A stretch of DNA of 64,000 bases. Source: Callorhinchus milii. Its lineage: Eukaryota. The notes beneath the pieces were generated by a model. That model had not been told where the DNA came from. It worked only from the letters and a program-made list of their open reading frames with translations, and did no database searches. Where the stretch lies: the NCBI RefSeq assembly GCF_018977255.1, contig NW_024704743.1:80106001-80170000 (forward strand), written 5' to 3'. Positions 25,030 through 37,520 of this stretch are shown here, piece after piece (the stretch's first letter is position 1; each line of letters starts with the position of its first letter). Position numbers and translations under genes: made by a program.

Positions 25030-26856
25030 ATAAAAGTTAGCCAAAATCCTAGAACGCGTTGTTGCCTATCAACTTCGCGCACACCTCTCCTCCCACTCCC
25101 TCTTCGAACCCCTCCAGTCCGGTTTCTGCCCACAGTACAGAGACTGCGCTTGTGAAATTCTCAAATGACATCCTCTTTATCTGTGACCAGGGCTCCCTCT
25201 GCCTCCTTGTCCTCCTGGACCTCTCTGCCACTTTCGACACAGTCGATCACGCCATCCTCCTCCACCGCCTTTCCTCCGTCATCCACCTCAGTGGGACCGC
25301 ACTCGCCTGGTTCGAGTCCTACCTCACGAACTGCCAGCAGTACATCTGCACAAATGGCTTTTCCTCCTACTTTCACCCGGTTCCTGCGGGGTACCCCAAG
25401 GATCCATCCTTGGTCCCCTCCTCTTCCTAATCTATATGCTCCCTCTTGGGGTTGTGATCCGCAGACATGGGGTACACTTCCACATGTATGCGGACGACAC
25501 CCAACTCTATTTTTCCACCTCACTTTGCAGCCCCCAGTCCTCTGATGTTTTGTCAGCCTGCCTGTCAGACATCAGGAGCTGGATGAGCGTGAATTTGCTT
25601 CAGCTAATGTTGACAAAATGGAAGCCATACTCTTTGGCTCTCATCAACGTCTAAAATCACACAGTTCTCATCTCATCCACCTACCCGACCTCCCCCTAAA
25701 ACTCTCCGAAACCGTACGCAACCTGGGCGTCAGGTTCGATCTCCAATTATCCTTCCGCCCCCACATCCGGTCCCTCACCAGCACCGCCTTCTTCCACCTC
25801 CGACGCATCAACAACAACAACAAGATTCCATTTATAGAGCGCCTTTCACGTCGGGAGGACGTCCCAAGGCGCTGTACAGTTGGGTCAGGACCCGAGCAGG
25901 GGGGAAATGGTCAGGGTGAGGGAAGGGAAGGGAGGGAGCGAGGAGGGGTTAGAGAGTCGAGAGGGGAGCTGAAGGCACGGTCAAAGAGAAAGGTCTTGAG
26001 ACTGGCCTTGAAGGAGGAAAGGGAGGAGGCAAGACGAAGGCATTGGGGGATAGAGTTCCAGAGCCTAGGGGCTGAGAGGCGGAAGGCCCGGCCACCGATG
26101 GTAGGACGGTTGGGGCGGGGGATGTGGAGCAGACCGGAGCCAGAGGAACGAAGGGTACGGGCAGGTAGATAGGGGGACAGTAGATCAGAGGGGTAGGAGG
26201 GAGCAAGGCCGTGAATGGCCTTGTAGGTGAGGATGAGGATGTTGAATTCGCATCGCCCGTTTCCGCCATTACCTATCTCCAAAAGCCACTGAATCCCTGG
26301 TCCATGCCTTTGTCACCTCTCGGCTGGACTATTCAAATGCCCTCCTCGCCAGTCTCCCCTCCACTACCATTCATAAAATCTAGATCATCCAAAACTCTGC
26401 CGCCGCATTCTTACCTGCAAAAAACTCCGTTCTCCGATTACCCCAGTCCTCGCCAGACTGCACTGGCTCCCTGTCCCAGAGAGGATCGACTTCAAGATCC
26501 TCACTCTTGTCTTCAAATCCCTCCACTCCTCTGCACCCTCCAACTCTCTCACCTCTCTCCTCACAACAGTGCCCGTTGCTTTCCCTCCACCGGGTCTGGC
26601 CTCCTCCTTGTCCCCTGAGTCCTCCTCTCCACCTTCAGCCACTACACCCCGAGGCTCTGGAACTCCCTTCCTCACTCCCTTTGCCTCGCCCCCTCTTTTC
26701 CTATTTTCAGGTCTCGGCTGAAGACCTTTCTTTTCGACCGCACCTTTGGTCACCTTCCTCCCCCTCCCCCGGCTCGGCCCCGGGATCTGTTACTGTGAAA
26801 TGCTCTGAAACGCCGGTCGGCGTGGAGGGCGCTATATAAATCCAAGTTGTTGTTGT
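25030..26856 (+). mobile_element. L2 LINE, 3' portion, split by an inverted L2 insertion
   Basis: HSTETALVKFSNDIL...LLDLSATFDTVDH and [11 protein letters not shown] frames; (GTT)n tail near 26850. Confidence 0.95.
25810..26248 (-). mobile_element. L2 3' fragment with 6-bp TSD CGCATC
   Basis: CGCATC at 25804-25809 and 26249-26254; (AAC)n tail; ILILTYKAIHGLAP...LWNSIP frame. Confidence 0.93.
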
Positions 26857-27612
26857 AGCAATTTGGTTAATTTTTTGTATATCGATTCTAAAAAGGTTTT
26901 CTCTACAAATGAAGGTTTGCTGGAAGTATACATTGAATGTACATCTGGAGCAAGACACACAGCATTGTTCTGACATCTGCTTATGATGATTTGAGATGCA
27001 CAAAAAGGACGGAACCTCAGAACCAATAAACCTCCCTCACCATTACTGTGCTCAGGTTACCTGGCGTGTAAAAGGCGTTCTGAGTTGCTTTTTCTAAGCT
27101 CTGTATATCTTAATCATGTCTACTTTAGATATTGATAAAGTTCGACAGCTTATCGTGACCCTTAAATGATTGCCTCAGCGCGTGTCATGAAACTCACAGC
27201 CGTTTGACCACTGCTTTGTGTGTGGCGTGCACCCCACTTTGCACGCCACATGTAAAATGTTGCCACAGCTATCCCAGCACGCAGTTATACGTGCACAACC
27301 TTCACTGCTTTTCACCTACAGCCAATGTAAATTCAGGCCTCAGAGACCAAAAAACCTGATGGTCTTAGCCAACGTAAGCCCCAAATTTAAACTCTACTTT
27401 CTTTAATATAATAATAATACTTACATAGTATAGCACCTTTCATATCAGGAGGACATCTCCAAGCACTTCACAAGATTTATTATAAAAGTGGAGTTGTGGT
27501 ATAATTCTAAATTTAAATTAAATTAAATTCTGAGCTCTCTTTATCCTATTAAACAAATTGAGACATCCTTCCAACTTGAAAGCCACTATATAAATGAAAA
27601 ATATATTGTATT

Positions 27613-27949
27613 GGGAGTCCTGTAGCTCAGTGGTTAGTGCGCTCGCCTCGGAAGCGAGATACCTGGATTTAATTACCTCTGTTTACCTAGCAGTAATTAG
27701 GAACCTGGTTGTTATTCGATTGGGGGAATTGCTTTTCTGAGGGTAATAATTCCTTCAAAAAAAATTATAAATTTGGTCACTCAATCTATGTCTGTTTGTG
27801 GGTTGCTGATGTGCGCAATTGGCTGCTGCGTTTCGCCCATAAAATATACAGTCAGTTCACTTTACAGTATATTCTGTGAAGCGCTATGAGATGTCTCAAA
27901 GACGTGATAAGGTGCTACATCATCAAATGCAAGGATTATTATTATTATT
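27613..27949 (+). mobile_element. tRNA-derived SINE, long form
   Basis: GGAGTCCTGTAGCTCAGTGGTTAG head; internal CTCTGTTTACCTAGCAGTAATTAGG segment; (TTA)n tail. Confidence 0.88.
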
Positions 27950-28344
27950 GTATGTGAGTGGCCATTTTCTAAATCTCAGTAGATGGTAAACTGTATGTCT
28001 TAATAAATCAGCCTGGAAGGGCATCTGTCACTAATGGGGCCATGCTGAATACTAGCTGACTGTTAGCTTTGATGAGATTTCATTATAACATTCCCATTTT
28101 GCAGCGTGCGTTCACATGACCCACTAGGCTTGAATAGAGAAAACATCTCTGTTTTATTTCTTTCTTTTGTGCTATAAATTAGTCCACAGTATAACAGCAC
28201 ACAAGTTAATAGTTGCTAATCTTAGTAGCATTACTATTATAAATGGCAATTTTGTGAAAAGAAATGACATAATATAAAAGGTATATATTTTGATCATTGA
28301 TATTTAGTTATTATTTAAAACTGCAACCAACTGTGCAATCAGTG

Positions 28345-28663
28345 ATGTTTTTTAGTCAGCCAGGTGTCAAACACGCACAGAAAACCACTATGCTATGCTT
28401 AAGAATATCCAAACCAGAGTTCCACATGTATAATAATAATAATTCTTACATTTGATTATAGCACCTTTCACCTCAGGAAGATGTCTTGAATTTTCACAGG
28501 ATTTACTGTAAAGTGTAGTGACTGTGTACCTTGTGGGTGAACCTTGTATGCCACCTATACAAGTAAATTTCCCTATATCCAGAATGGAATGCATGCTCTC
28601 TCTCCAGAGGGACATATTCTACTTGCCGAATTCTGGTAAATCTGGCACCAAGGTTTGGGGACC
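28345..28663 (-). mobile_element. Unclassified repeat family X, copy interrupted by a SINE tail (about 28428-28540)
   Basis: GTCAGCCAGGTGTCAAACACGCA...ATGCTTAAGAATATCCAAAC and AATGGAATGCATGCTCTCTCTCCAGAGGGAC. Confidence 0.75.
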
Positions 28664-28890
28664 GTACACTAACACCATGTAACTTCCCATAGATTTGTGA
28701 GAATCTGGACCCTCAGGAGATTAGAGGAGAAAATGACAAAATCCTGCATCTAAAAATAGAGGCGTTAAAGTAGTGAAATAAAAAACATTGTATACAGGAT
28801 ACCATCAGTAGTTATTCCATCACTCACTCTCTGTAGTCCATTGGATTTGGGGAAGACGGAGACTGATGATGGGATGCAGAAGAAGGGGTT

Positions 28891-29202
28891 ATAATAATAA
28901 TAATCCTTGCGTTTGATATAGCGCTTTTCACGTCGGGAGGACGTCCCAAAGCCCCAAAGCGCTTCACAGAACACACTGCAAAGTGAATTGACTGTATGTT
29001 TGTGGGCGAACGCGGCAGCCAATTGCGCACAGCAACGTCCCACAAACAGTCGTAGATTGAAAATGACCAATTTATTATTATTTTTAGTTCTTGGAGGGAT
29101 TATTATTAGGCGTGTGGAGTAAGGAAACTTGCCCTGCCTGAAATTGAACTCAGGTCTCTCACTTGGAAAGCGAGTGCTCTAACCACTGAGCTGCAGGACT
29201 CC
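28891..29202 (-). mobile_element. Young tRNA-headed SINE, short form
   Basis: Full head to (ATA)n tail. Confidence 0.93.
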
Positions 29203-30465
29203 GCATGGGTTGGTGGGGTAGTGGGGTGAAGTTGGACAAAGCAATTTCAGAATTAAGCAAATCAACACGCATCTCTACCCTGTCTTTGTGGAACTGGCTG
29301 AGGTATTAGTCTTATTCCACCAAAATAACAGCAACATGAATATTACAAACACTGGCGGAGTCTTGTAGTCACTAAATACATTGTTACAAATGGCACCAAT
29401 GTGAGGGAGAGAATAAAAAATTTCAAGTCTCCTTCATCCAATTGCCTTCGGCTCTAACATCCCAGACTGAGTGTTTACCTGCCCCATTTATTTTCTTGCC
29501 TGTCTCAGAAATATCTAAAACTCTGCCATTGTTGCTTAGGGACGTGAGTGCTTGAGGCCTTGTTAACGTGTTGTGCGGAACCTGCTGAGCCTGGTGGTCC
29601 AAATTACACAACGTCTTTTCCTTTACATCAGTTCTAGGTCCAGGCATCCAGCCAGTTGCTTCAGGGATAAAGCAGTTTCTATGTTATGTATTGGTAACCA
29701 GTCAACCCACTTAGGCGCCAAACATCCACACATGTAGCTCTCAGGCAAACCTACATAGTCTGGTTGTGTATTTGTCTCGCCAGTTGACCATAAATCAGGG
29801 AAAGATTCCTGAAGTAGCTACCTACTCTTTTTTATTTATGGACTGAAGTGTCAATTGGCCTATTCATGTTTATGGCCTGGAGTGTCCAGTTTAAAGAAAT
29901 GAACTTGCATTTTTATACTTCCTTATCATGGTAAAACATCTCAAAATGTTTCACAGCAATTACTGTCAAATCTAGGCACTGTAATGAAGGATCATGTGGC
30001 ATCCATTTGCATCAGTAAGGTCCCACAAACAATTAAGAAAAGCTCCCTTTCTTTATTGAATAACTTCATGGGATCTTTGACATCCTAAACATTAGGTTCT
30101 CAGTGAATGCTGATGCCAGCAAGTACCCTAACTCCTCTCCTCCATTTCTCTCCTCAGCTTTCCTGAAGGGACTAACTCATGAGTGGGTGTGAGTCCACAG
30201 ATGCTGACTGCTAACCACAAAATATTGTCAATTACTTTACAGTATATTCTGTGAAGTGCTTTGAGACTATTCTGAGATCATCAAACTCAGAAAGGTGACA
30301 ATTAGTTTAGAAACTTTTTTTTAGAATGTATCCAATAAAATAGTGTTTCTCAAGAGATTTTCCTTGTCCTCTGGCTGAATGTTTTACAGTGCAATAACAC
30401 TAAACAACCAAAGTATCTCCCCCTTTTATTGATCAGAGTTGATTGACATACATTAATGTCTAACA

Positions 30466-30851
30466 GTAATAATAATAATCCTTGCATTTGATACAGCGCT
30501 TTTCACATCGGGAGGACGTCCCAAAGCGCTTCACAGAACATACTGTAAAGTGAATTGACTGTATATTTGTGGGCGAACGCAGCAGCCAATTGCGCACAGC
30601 AATGTCCCACAAACAGTCGTAGATTGAAAGTGACCGATTTATTATTGTTTGGTTTTGGAGGGATTATTATTAGGCTATGTGTGGAGTAAGGAAACTTGCC
30701 CAAGGTTTCGTCCTGCCTGGAATTGAACTCAGGTCTCTCGCTTCAAAGCGAGTGCTCTAAACTGTTCTGTGAAGCGCTTTGGAACGTCCTCCCGACGTGA
30801 AAAGCGCTATATCAAATGCAAGGATTACTATTATTATTATTATTATTATTA

Positions 30852-30922
<71 letters not shown>

Positions 30923-30943
30923 ACCACTGAGCTACAGGACTCC
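30466..30943 (-). mobile_element. Young SINE whose tRNA head is interrupted by an inverted SINE tail
   Basis: Head breaks at GTGCTCTAA (30760) and resumes TAACCACTGAGCTACAGGACTCC (30921-30943). Confidence 0.93.
30761..30920 (+). mobile_element. 5'-truncated young SINE tail with long (TTA)n microsatellite
   Basis: TGTTCTGTGAAGCGCTTTGGAACGTCC...ATGCAAGGA followed by about 30 TTA units. Confidence 0.93.
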
Positions 30944-31097
30944 AGTAAAGCCTCAGCATAGATGATTCAGTACTTCCTTTTTCCCTATCTTAGAGACAGT
31001 GTCTTCAACTCCAGCATACTCAGCTCCCGCTCTGGCTGAAATCAATTAACTTATCACAGGGATATGAATCTGAGATCTTCATATCCCTGTGATAGAT

Positions 31098-31362
31098 TGT
31101 TGGAATGGAATGCGCACTCTCTTCCTGGAGGGACACATCCTATTTACCAAAGTCTGGAAAGTATTAGGTGCAGTTTGGCAAAAAACAAGGCTTGGGGACC
31201 CCAGAGTGTGTGTTGGGGTATTGCTGGAGTCTAACCAGGTAAAACCATACAGTTTGCCATTGATATCACTATCGGGCAAGCTTTCCTGCTGTTTGTCCAG
31301 CTAGGACCACCCTACCCATCAAGGCTTTGGCTTGCAGGGTAAACATGAGTTGAGTGGGATGA
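31098..31362 (-). mobile_element. Unclassified repeat family X copy
   Basis: AATGGAATGCGCACTCTC...GCTGGAGTCTAAC...GGACCACCCTACCCAT shared with 22030-22260. Confidence 0.85.
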
Positions 31363-34300
31363 CTTCTTGTTCCCAGTCTACACAAGAGAAATTATCAGAG
31401 AACACTTTGGTTACAATGGCAGATGCCACCATGCGAGGTATAAAGTAGTACCAGAAGAAAAAAATCAAACCCATCCAGACCTGGCAGGACTGGGATTTTC
31501 TTTCTTACAAAATAATAGATATCTGTGTTGTACAAGGAATGTGAACCAGGACTGACAAGTATTTACCTGTACCTTTGACTTTGACAGTGGTTGAAGAGTC
31601 TTCAGACTGGCTTTATGTATATTATGAGCTGAACTGGGAGACCAAACCAAGAGGAGCTTTTATTCATGCTCAGCCAGGGGGCTGAGGCAGACATCTCTGA
31701 AACAGGCAACTCTAACACTACAAAGTAATGTGGAATCAACACGCTCTTAAATTCTTTGTCAGTCCTACTTTTTGTGGTATATTTCCTCTTCAAACGTAAA
31801 GTATATTAAAACCTTTGGGAAAACAAACTTCCTGTAAGTTCTAATTTGTGCATTGTTTAAGAAAGCCAACAGAATTCAGGAACAATTGATCCCATCACAC
31901 AATAAAAATAAATGATGGTTGCAGGATTCATTACAAAAGTTGACCAAGATCTGATTTGTTTATCAAGTAGCCTACAATAATTATGTGGATTAAATAAGCT
32001 TGAAAACTGTTGTAGCTATTATCGTCACTTGCTAGGAGTGCTATTTAACATATTCTCAGCTCTAAATCTTTTGGAATTTAACTGCCCTTTAAACTAAGCA
32101 TTAGGCACTGTGGAGAAAACACATTTCTATAAATAATGCACAAAAAGATTAATGAATGTACAGCGGTGAGAATTTCTTTGCTTCACATGCTGTTTTCTCT
32201 TTATCTTCAGCACTGTTTTCACTGCATGACCAACAAGCAATGCTTTGCTGAGTTAAAGACAGCAGATGAGATAATAATTGATCACCTAACATAAATAAAG
32301 TAATATTAATCCTTGCATTTGCCTTATCACAGCATCAAAACTCTCAAACGCTCTTCACAGGATTTTACTGTGAAGTGTATTGACTGTATTTAAGTAAAAT
32401 ACTGTAGACTGTCCAACACCTTGGGATGTCCTGCTGACGTGAAAGGTGCTATACAAATGTAATCTTGTTGTTGCTGTTGTTGTTAAGTGCTCTGAGACGC
32501 TATCCTGCATGAGTGACGCTATATAAATACAAATTATTGTTATTGCATATTTGTAAAAAATGCAGCAATCAATTTGCACACAGCAATACCCCACAAAAAG
32601 CCATCGAGTGAGTGAATTGTCTTATCTAGAGGATTGTTGGCTAGGATACCGAGAGAAACCTCTCTTGTGAATAGTGTCATGGTTGAGGGGTGGGGCTGGG
32701 GGGTGGGGATGGGAGATGGGCCACATCATCCCGGAGACAGGTGATCTACAGAGGAATCAAGACGGGGTGTGAGTTTAAAAACTGGAAAAATTGCCCAAGA
32801 TACATTCCATACAAGTCTATGCAACAGTACATTAAACTACACCCAATTAACTTGGCAATGCTGCAATATACAGATCCCTGAGAACTAAATCTTTCTTTAA
32901 CATTAGTTTATTTGACAGTAAGCTGAAGCACTAACCTCAGCCTTTTATGTTTCTGTCATACAAGTTAATTAAAGAACCCTGAAGACGATGTCAGGATTTT
33001 TTTTTGAACGTCAGACGTTTTGTTTGTAGCTTTCTATTTTTCAATAGTTTTTGAACAATCAGTAAAAGATATAATGTTAAGTCAATCGCAGAATTTGTGA
33101 AGTGTGCATGAACACAGCTGCAGCCCTGGTTTTCATACACTCCGTGGCTTCTGAAGGTACATATTGATTATGATGGGTTTTATTTGTTTTCCAGTGCGGA
33201 TGTATGTGTGCACATATTGCACTCTACTGACCCATCCCTCTCTCCTCTCAGTGAGTGTGGGGAGGATAGCACCTGTAATGTTATAACACTAAACTGGAGT
33301 GTCAGCCTAGGCTAAAGCCTAAAATTCCAACATGGGGCTTGAACCGTTTCTCACTTTTAAATCTCTCCATGTTCTTACCCCACCCTACTTCTGCAACCTT
33401 CTTAAACCTCTCCAGTGTATTACTGAGTTAGTATGTTTTGTGGAATGTTATTGTGCAGAAACAAGCCATTTGCCCATAAGAGTCACCTAATTTAGTCTCC
33501 CACTCTCCTGCTTCTCTAAATACAGTATTCCTGTTTTTCAAGCCTATATATAATTCTGTTTTAAAATAATTTGAGTCTGTTATTGTCGAAGGTGTTGTCA
33601 TTTAGAGGAAACATTAAATTAAGAACCTATCTGGTTTCATTTCATGTTAAACATCACATGGCAGTGTTCACAAAAAGCAGAGAATTTCTCCTGGTGTCCT
33701 GGCCAACAATTCTCCATATTAGTTGATCATTCACGTCATGTTTCTTTGTGGAATCCTGCTGGTGACAATTGTTTCTATATTTGCTTATAAAAATAGTTAC
33801 TACGCTGGACAATAACTAGCTGTGATTCATTTTGTGACATTTTGATGTGATATGAGGGCCTATTTCTTTGACCACACCTTTCACTCCTCCCCCCCTCGGA
33901 GTGTGAATGCTCTGAGATATCCTCCTGATGTGAAAGATGCTATATAAATATAAATTGTTGTTGGTTTCGTCCTCACATTCAAACTCCACCCTACCTCTGC
34001 AACCATTTGCAACCCCTGTCCGCCACATGTCCCCCACCCTTTCTGCTTAGCACCAGTTGATGAGATTTCCGGCATTTCTGAAGTCTATCCAAGAATAACA
34101 TTCCACCACCTCTCTCCCCATTTTAGAAACCAACTTAGCTGTGTGCTCACTAATCTTTTCCCTCCTCTTCCCACTCCTCAGCTGTCCCCCCCCCCCCCTC
34201 ACCCGCCCCCCCAGCCTGGATGCCTGTTGTCAGTTGTGTAAAGCGCATGAACATTCTTTCTTTCTATATTCATCATGGGCTGTGTTTGGGGCACGAAGAC

Positions 34301-35179
34301 AACAATGCCTTGGAATACTATAGACCTGAATGGCTTTATCAAGCTTGTCCTCCTGTTTTAGTCCCAGGGACATCTTACTTAATTATCCCCCAGAGGAGAT
34401 AAGAGAAGGGAGTTTCTCCCAGTGTCATGGCCAACGATCCAAAACACAGTCACTACACTTCACATTAAAATCCTGTGAAGCACCTTCAGATGTCTCAACG
34501 ACATGATGAGGCAATTTATCAAATGAGAGAATTATTATTTTTCAACAGAACAAATGTAAACATAGTGCTCATTTTCTCAAGGTCAAAATGGTAAGGAACT
34601 CAGTGGAACCAGTCAACCAACTGTGCTTCTTCAAGTATGCATCATCACATGGAAGATTCTCAAATTACAAAAGTACAGAATGCACAGTAGAAAGAAAATG
34701 CAAATGACATAGGGGAGGGAGGGGGAGGTGGGGGGGTGGGGGGCGGTCACTGAGGTCAGAGCATTGATGAGAACACAGTGGTTGTGAACGTTCAGGAGGC
34801 TGTAAATATAAAATCATCACATGTTGCACTCTTCCTCTGTTTAGCAGAATCTAGATTTGTGTATATGGAGATGTGAAAGCTGTAGTTAATGAAACTAAGG
34901 TCGAAGGAAGTAAATACCATTTGTGGTCCCTTAAATAAATACTCGTCACACTATTTATTGCTGTGACTCCTATTGTTAGAAACCAGGAAGCCCCATCTAA
35001 ACAGCTGGACGGGGGCAACTTTACAAAGAATTTCTGCAAAAAATCTTCATCTGTGGAAATTACCAGGCTTAAAAAAGATATCATGTGTTCAATTAAGTTG
35101 GTTTCTGTATGAGCAGGGGAACTCCACTGCAGGTGATGACCAAATAAATTGTTTTTAATATGGTTCGTTAAACAAACTT

Positions 35180-35243
35180 CTCTTAAGCATGATGATGGGT
35201 TTCCGCACGTTTCAGACACCTGGCTAACCCCAAAAAATTATTA
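35180..35243 (+). mobile_element. Unclassified repeat family X, terminal fragment
   Basis: CTCTTAAGCATGATGATGGGTTTCCGCACGTTTCAGACACCTGGCTAACCCCAAAAAATTATT. Confidence 0.8.
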
Positions 35244-35437
35244 AACAATGCTAGTTGGATGTTTATAAGTGGTAAATCTGAAATGATTACATAGTTTACT
35301 TTGGCAGACTAATTCTGTGTTTTTGTGTCCTCTGGGAGATGTGTAATTACCACTAGTTTATTTTTAATATTCTGTAACAACTTTCCAAAATATGGAACCA
35401 TATTAAAAATACAGTCTAATAACTTGCAATTACATAT

Positions 35438-35575
35438 CATAGAATCATAGAATTATACAGCACAGAAGGAGGCCGTTCAGCCCATCGTATCTATGCTGGC
35501 TCTTTGTAAAAGCTATCCAAATCAATCCCACTCCCCCGCGCTCTCCCCATAGCCCTGCAAACTTGTCCTTCCCAA
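35438..35575 (-). mobile_element. CR1 3' tail fragment
   Basis: CATAGAATCATAGAA...CAGAAGGAGGCCGTTCAGCCCATCG, the antisense CR1 terminal repeat and stem. Confidence 0.75.
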
Positions 35576-35847
35576 ACAGGTAGTACAGTGCCTGACCAAG
35601 TGCTTTACAGAGACAGAGTGTAAGTCAAACAAAATGGCAGAGGGGTAAGAGGAAGTTGACCAAAAATATGTTGAATAGATAGGATTTTGAAAGCAGAGAG
35701 GGAGTATACGAGGCGGAGAGAATCTCAGAGAGTAAAGGCAGGGAGGCTGGGAGCTTAGTTGTCAATGGTGGGACACAGGGGCCAGGGCCATGAAGCAGGA
35801 CTGAGTTTGTGGAATGGCTGAAGATGGCAGAGGAATAGGACTGCAAG

Positions 35848-36600
35848 AATAACAAATTGCATTTATATAGCACATTTCATATTGGGAGGATGTACCAAGA
35901 TGCTGGAGAGTTGAGGATTTGAGCTTGAGATGGGGTGGGATTTGGGAGGGATGGAAGGTGAGGGGGGGTCTTCATGGAAGGGGGGAAAGACGACCAAAGA
36001 TTCGGTCAATGAGGAAGGGCTTGAGACAGACCTTGAAGGAGATGACGGAAAAGGGCGAGATGAAGGGACTCTGGGATGGAGTTCCAGAGTGTGGGGCAGA
36101 TAGGCTGAAAAACCAACCACCGATGGTGGGGCAGAGAGGGTGAAGGACATGAAACAGGCCAGTGTCTGTTGGGTGGAGGGAGCAAGGTATTTGGTAGGGT
36201 TTGAGAAGGTCCCAGAGGTAGGGTAGGGCAAAACCATGGAGGGATTTAAAAGTGAGAATGAGGACCTTGAACTCAATCCTGCAGTGGATGGGGAGCCAGT
36301 GGAGTTGGGTGAGGATGGAGTGAGGTTCTCAGAGTCTAGTACAGGAGAGGACATGAGCTACAGACTTCTGAATGGTTTGCAGTATGTAAAAGAGCGAGAG
36401 TAGGGAGATGTTTGAAAGTTAGATCAAGGATCTTGAAGTCGACCTACTCTAAAGCAAGGAGCCAATGGAACCTGGCAAGGATGAGGATGATTGGCATGGG
36501 AGCCTAATGCTGAAGAGGAGAGGAATTCTGGATGAACTGAAGTTTAAGGAGAGTTGAGTTGGGAAAGCCAGCAAGGTAAACGTTGGATAAATCAAGAACT
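35848..36600 (-). mobile_element. L2 3' fragment(s)
   Basis: L2 tail at 35848; antisense of HWLP/WNS-type motifs. Confidence 0.85.
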
Positions 36601-37169
36601 TTCATGATGTGTTCTGTTTTATTTGACATTGGGGTTGATAAAAGGAAGTGGTAACACTGCTGTTTTATTGCTGCCTGAAAAGGTGCCTCGTGACATAAAT
36701 GGGTCTTTCCAGGGAAACCCCTTTACGTCCTGCTCACAAGACCTCCGCTCACAAGCCAAGGCAGATCAGTAATGCTACCGACGCAACAGACGCTATACAA
36801 ATGTAATTTTGTATTGTATTGTATCCACCCCCAACATCAATCAAACACAGAACAGGATTTTCTCCGTCTTTGTCACCTCAAGATTTTTTTCTTTTAACTT
36901 CTCGGCTCTGAATGTGAGTGAACCGCAATTCAGGAGCAGCACAGCTCCAGTATTCTAGATAACAAATAGAAGATAAATTTGAATTGGCCACTTCCCTCCC
37001 ACTCCCCATCTGCCTGGACAACATGTATTCTACAGTTGTGGTGAGGAGGCAGCCAAATTACTTCCAGGCTTCTGCCAGTCCTTTATAACTAGCAGGAGGT
37101 GTAACCTAAAGAATACCCTTCCACTCATATTCCCCGACACCCACCCCACCCACACACACACCCTATACT

Positions 37170-37520
37170 AACATAGCAGGACCCGCTGTCATGGCACTCA
37201 GTGCTGTACGGCCTGTTCCCGGGCACTCACAGCGAAACCCATATCGAGTTTGCCTGGAGGATCATAAACTCAGTAAAGGAGGCCCTTTGGCACTCCTGAA
37301 ACCAGGTGTTCTTCTGGCAGAACAAGAGCATTGTGAGGGCCTGCCTCAGGATCAGGGATTATATACTGAGGGACAAGCTGAAGTTTGGCTCAACCACAGC
37401 AAAGGCCAGATGGGGCCTGACCCCAGCAGGAGCCGCTCTGGCCCATCAGCACACCCATAAACTGACTGAAGTAAACATAAGGGTACAAAAGGATGCTCGA
37501 AATGTAACCAAAGAGCGTCC
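37170..37520 (+). mobile_element. L1/Tx1-clade LINE, ORF2 C-terminal remnant
   Basis: Frame from 37186: LSWHSVLYGLFPGTHSETHIEFAWRIINSVKEALWHS*NQ...RIRDYILRDKLKFGSTTAKARWG. Confidence 0.75.

Noticed and set aside
30779..30961. Poly-isoleucine ORF
   Set aside because: Translation of the (TTA)n SINE tail
31425..31447. Strong Kozak-like GCCACCATG
   Set aside because: The frame closes after five codons and the possible donor GTATAA is weak
32686..34745. G-quadruplex-like G runs (32686-32720, 34712-34743; also 8981-8997 and 40971-40985)
   Set aside because: Low-complexity tracts, partly inside L2 3'UTRs, with no further evidence of function
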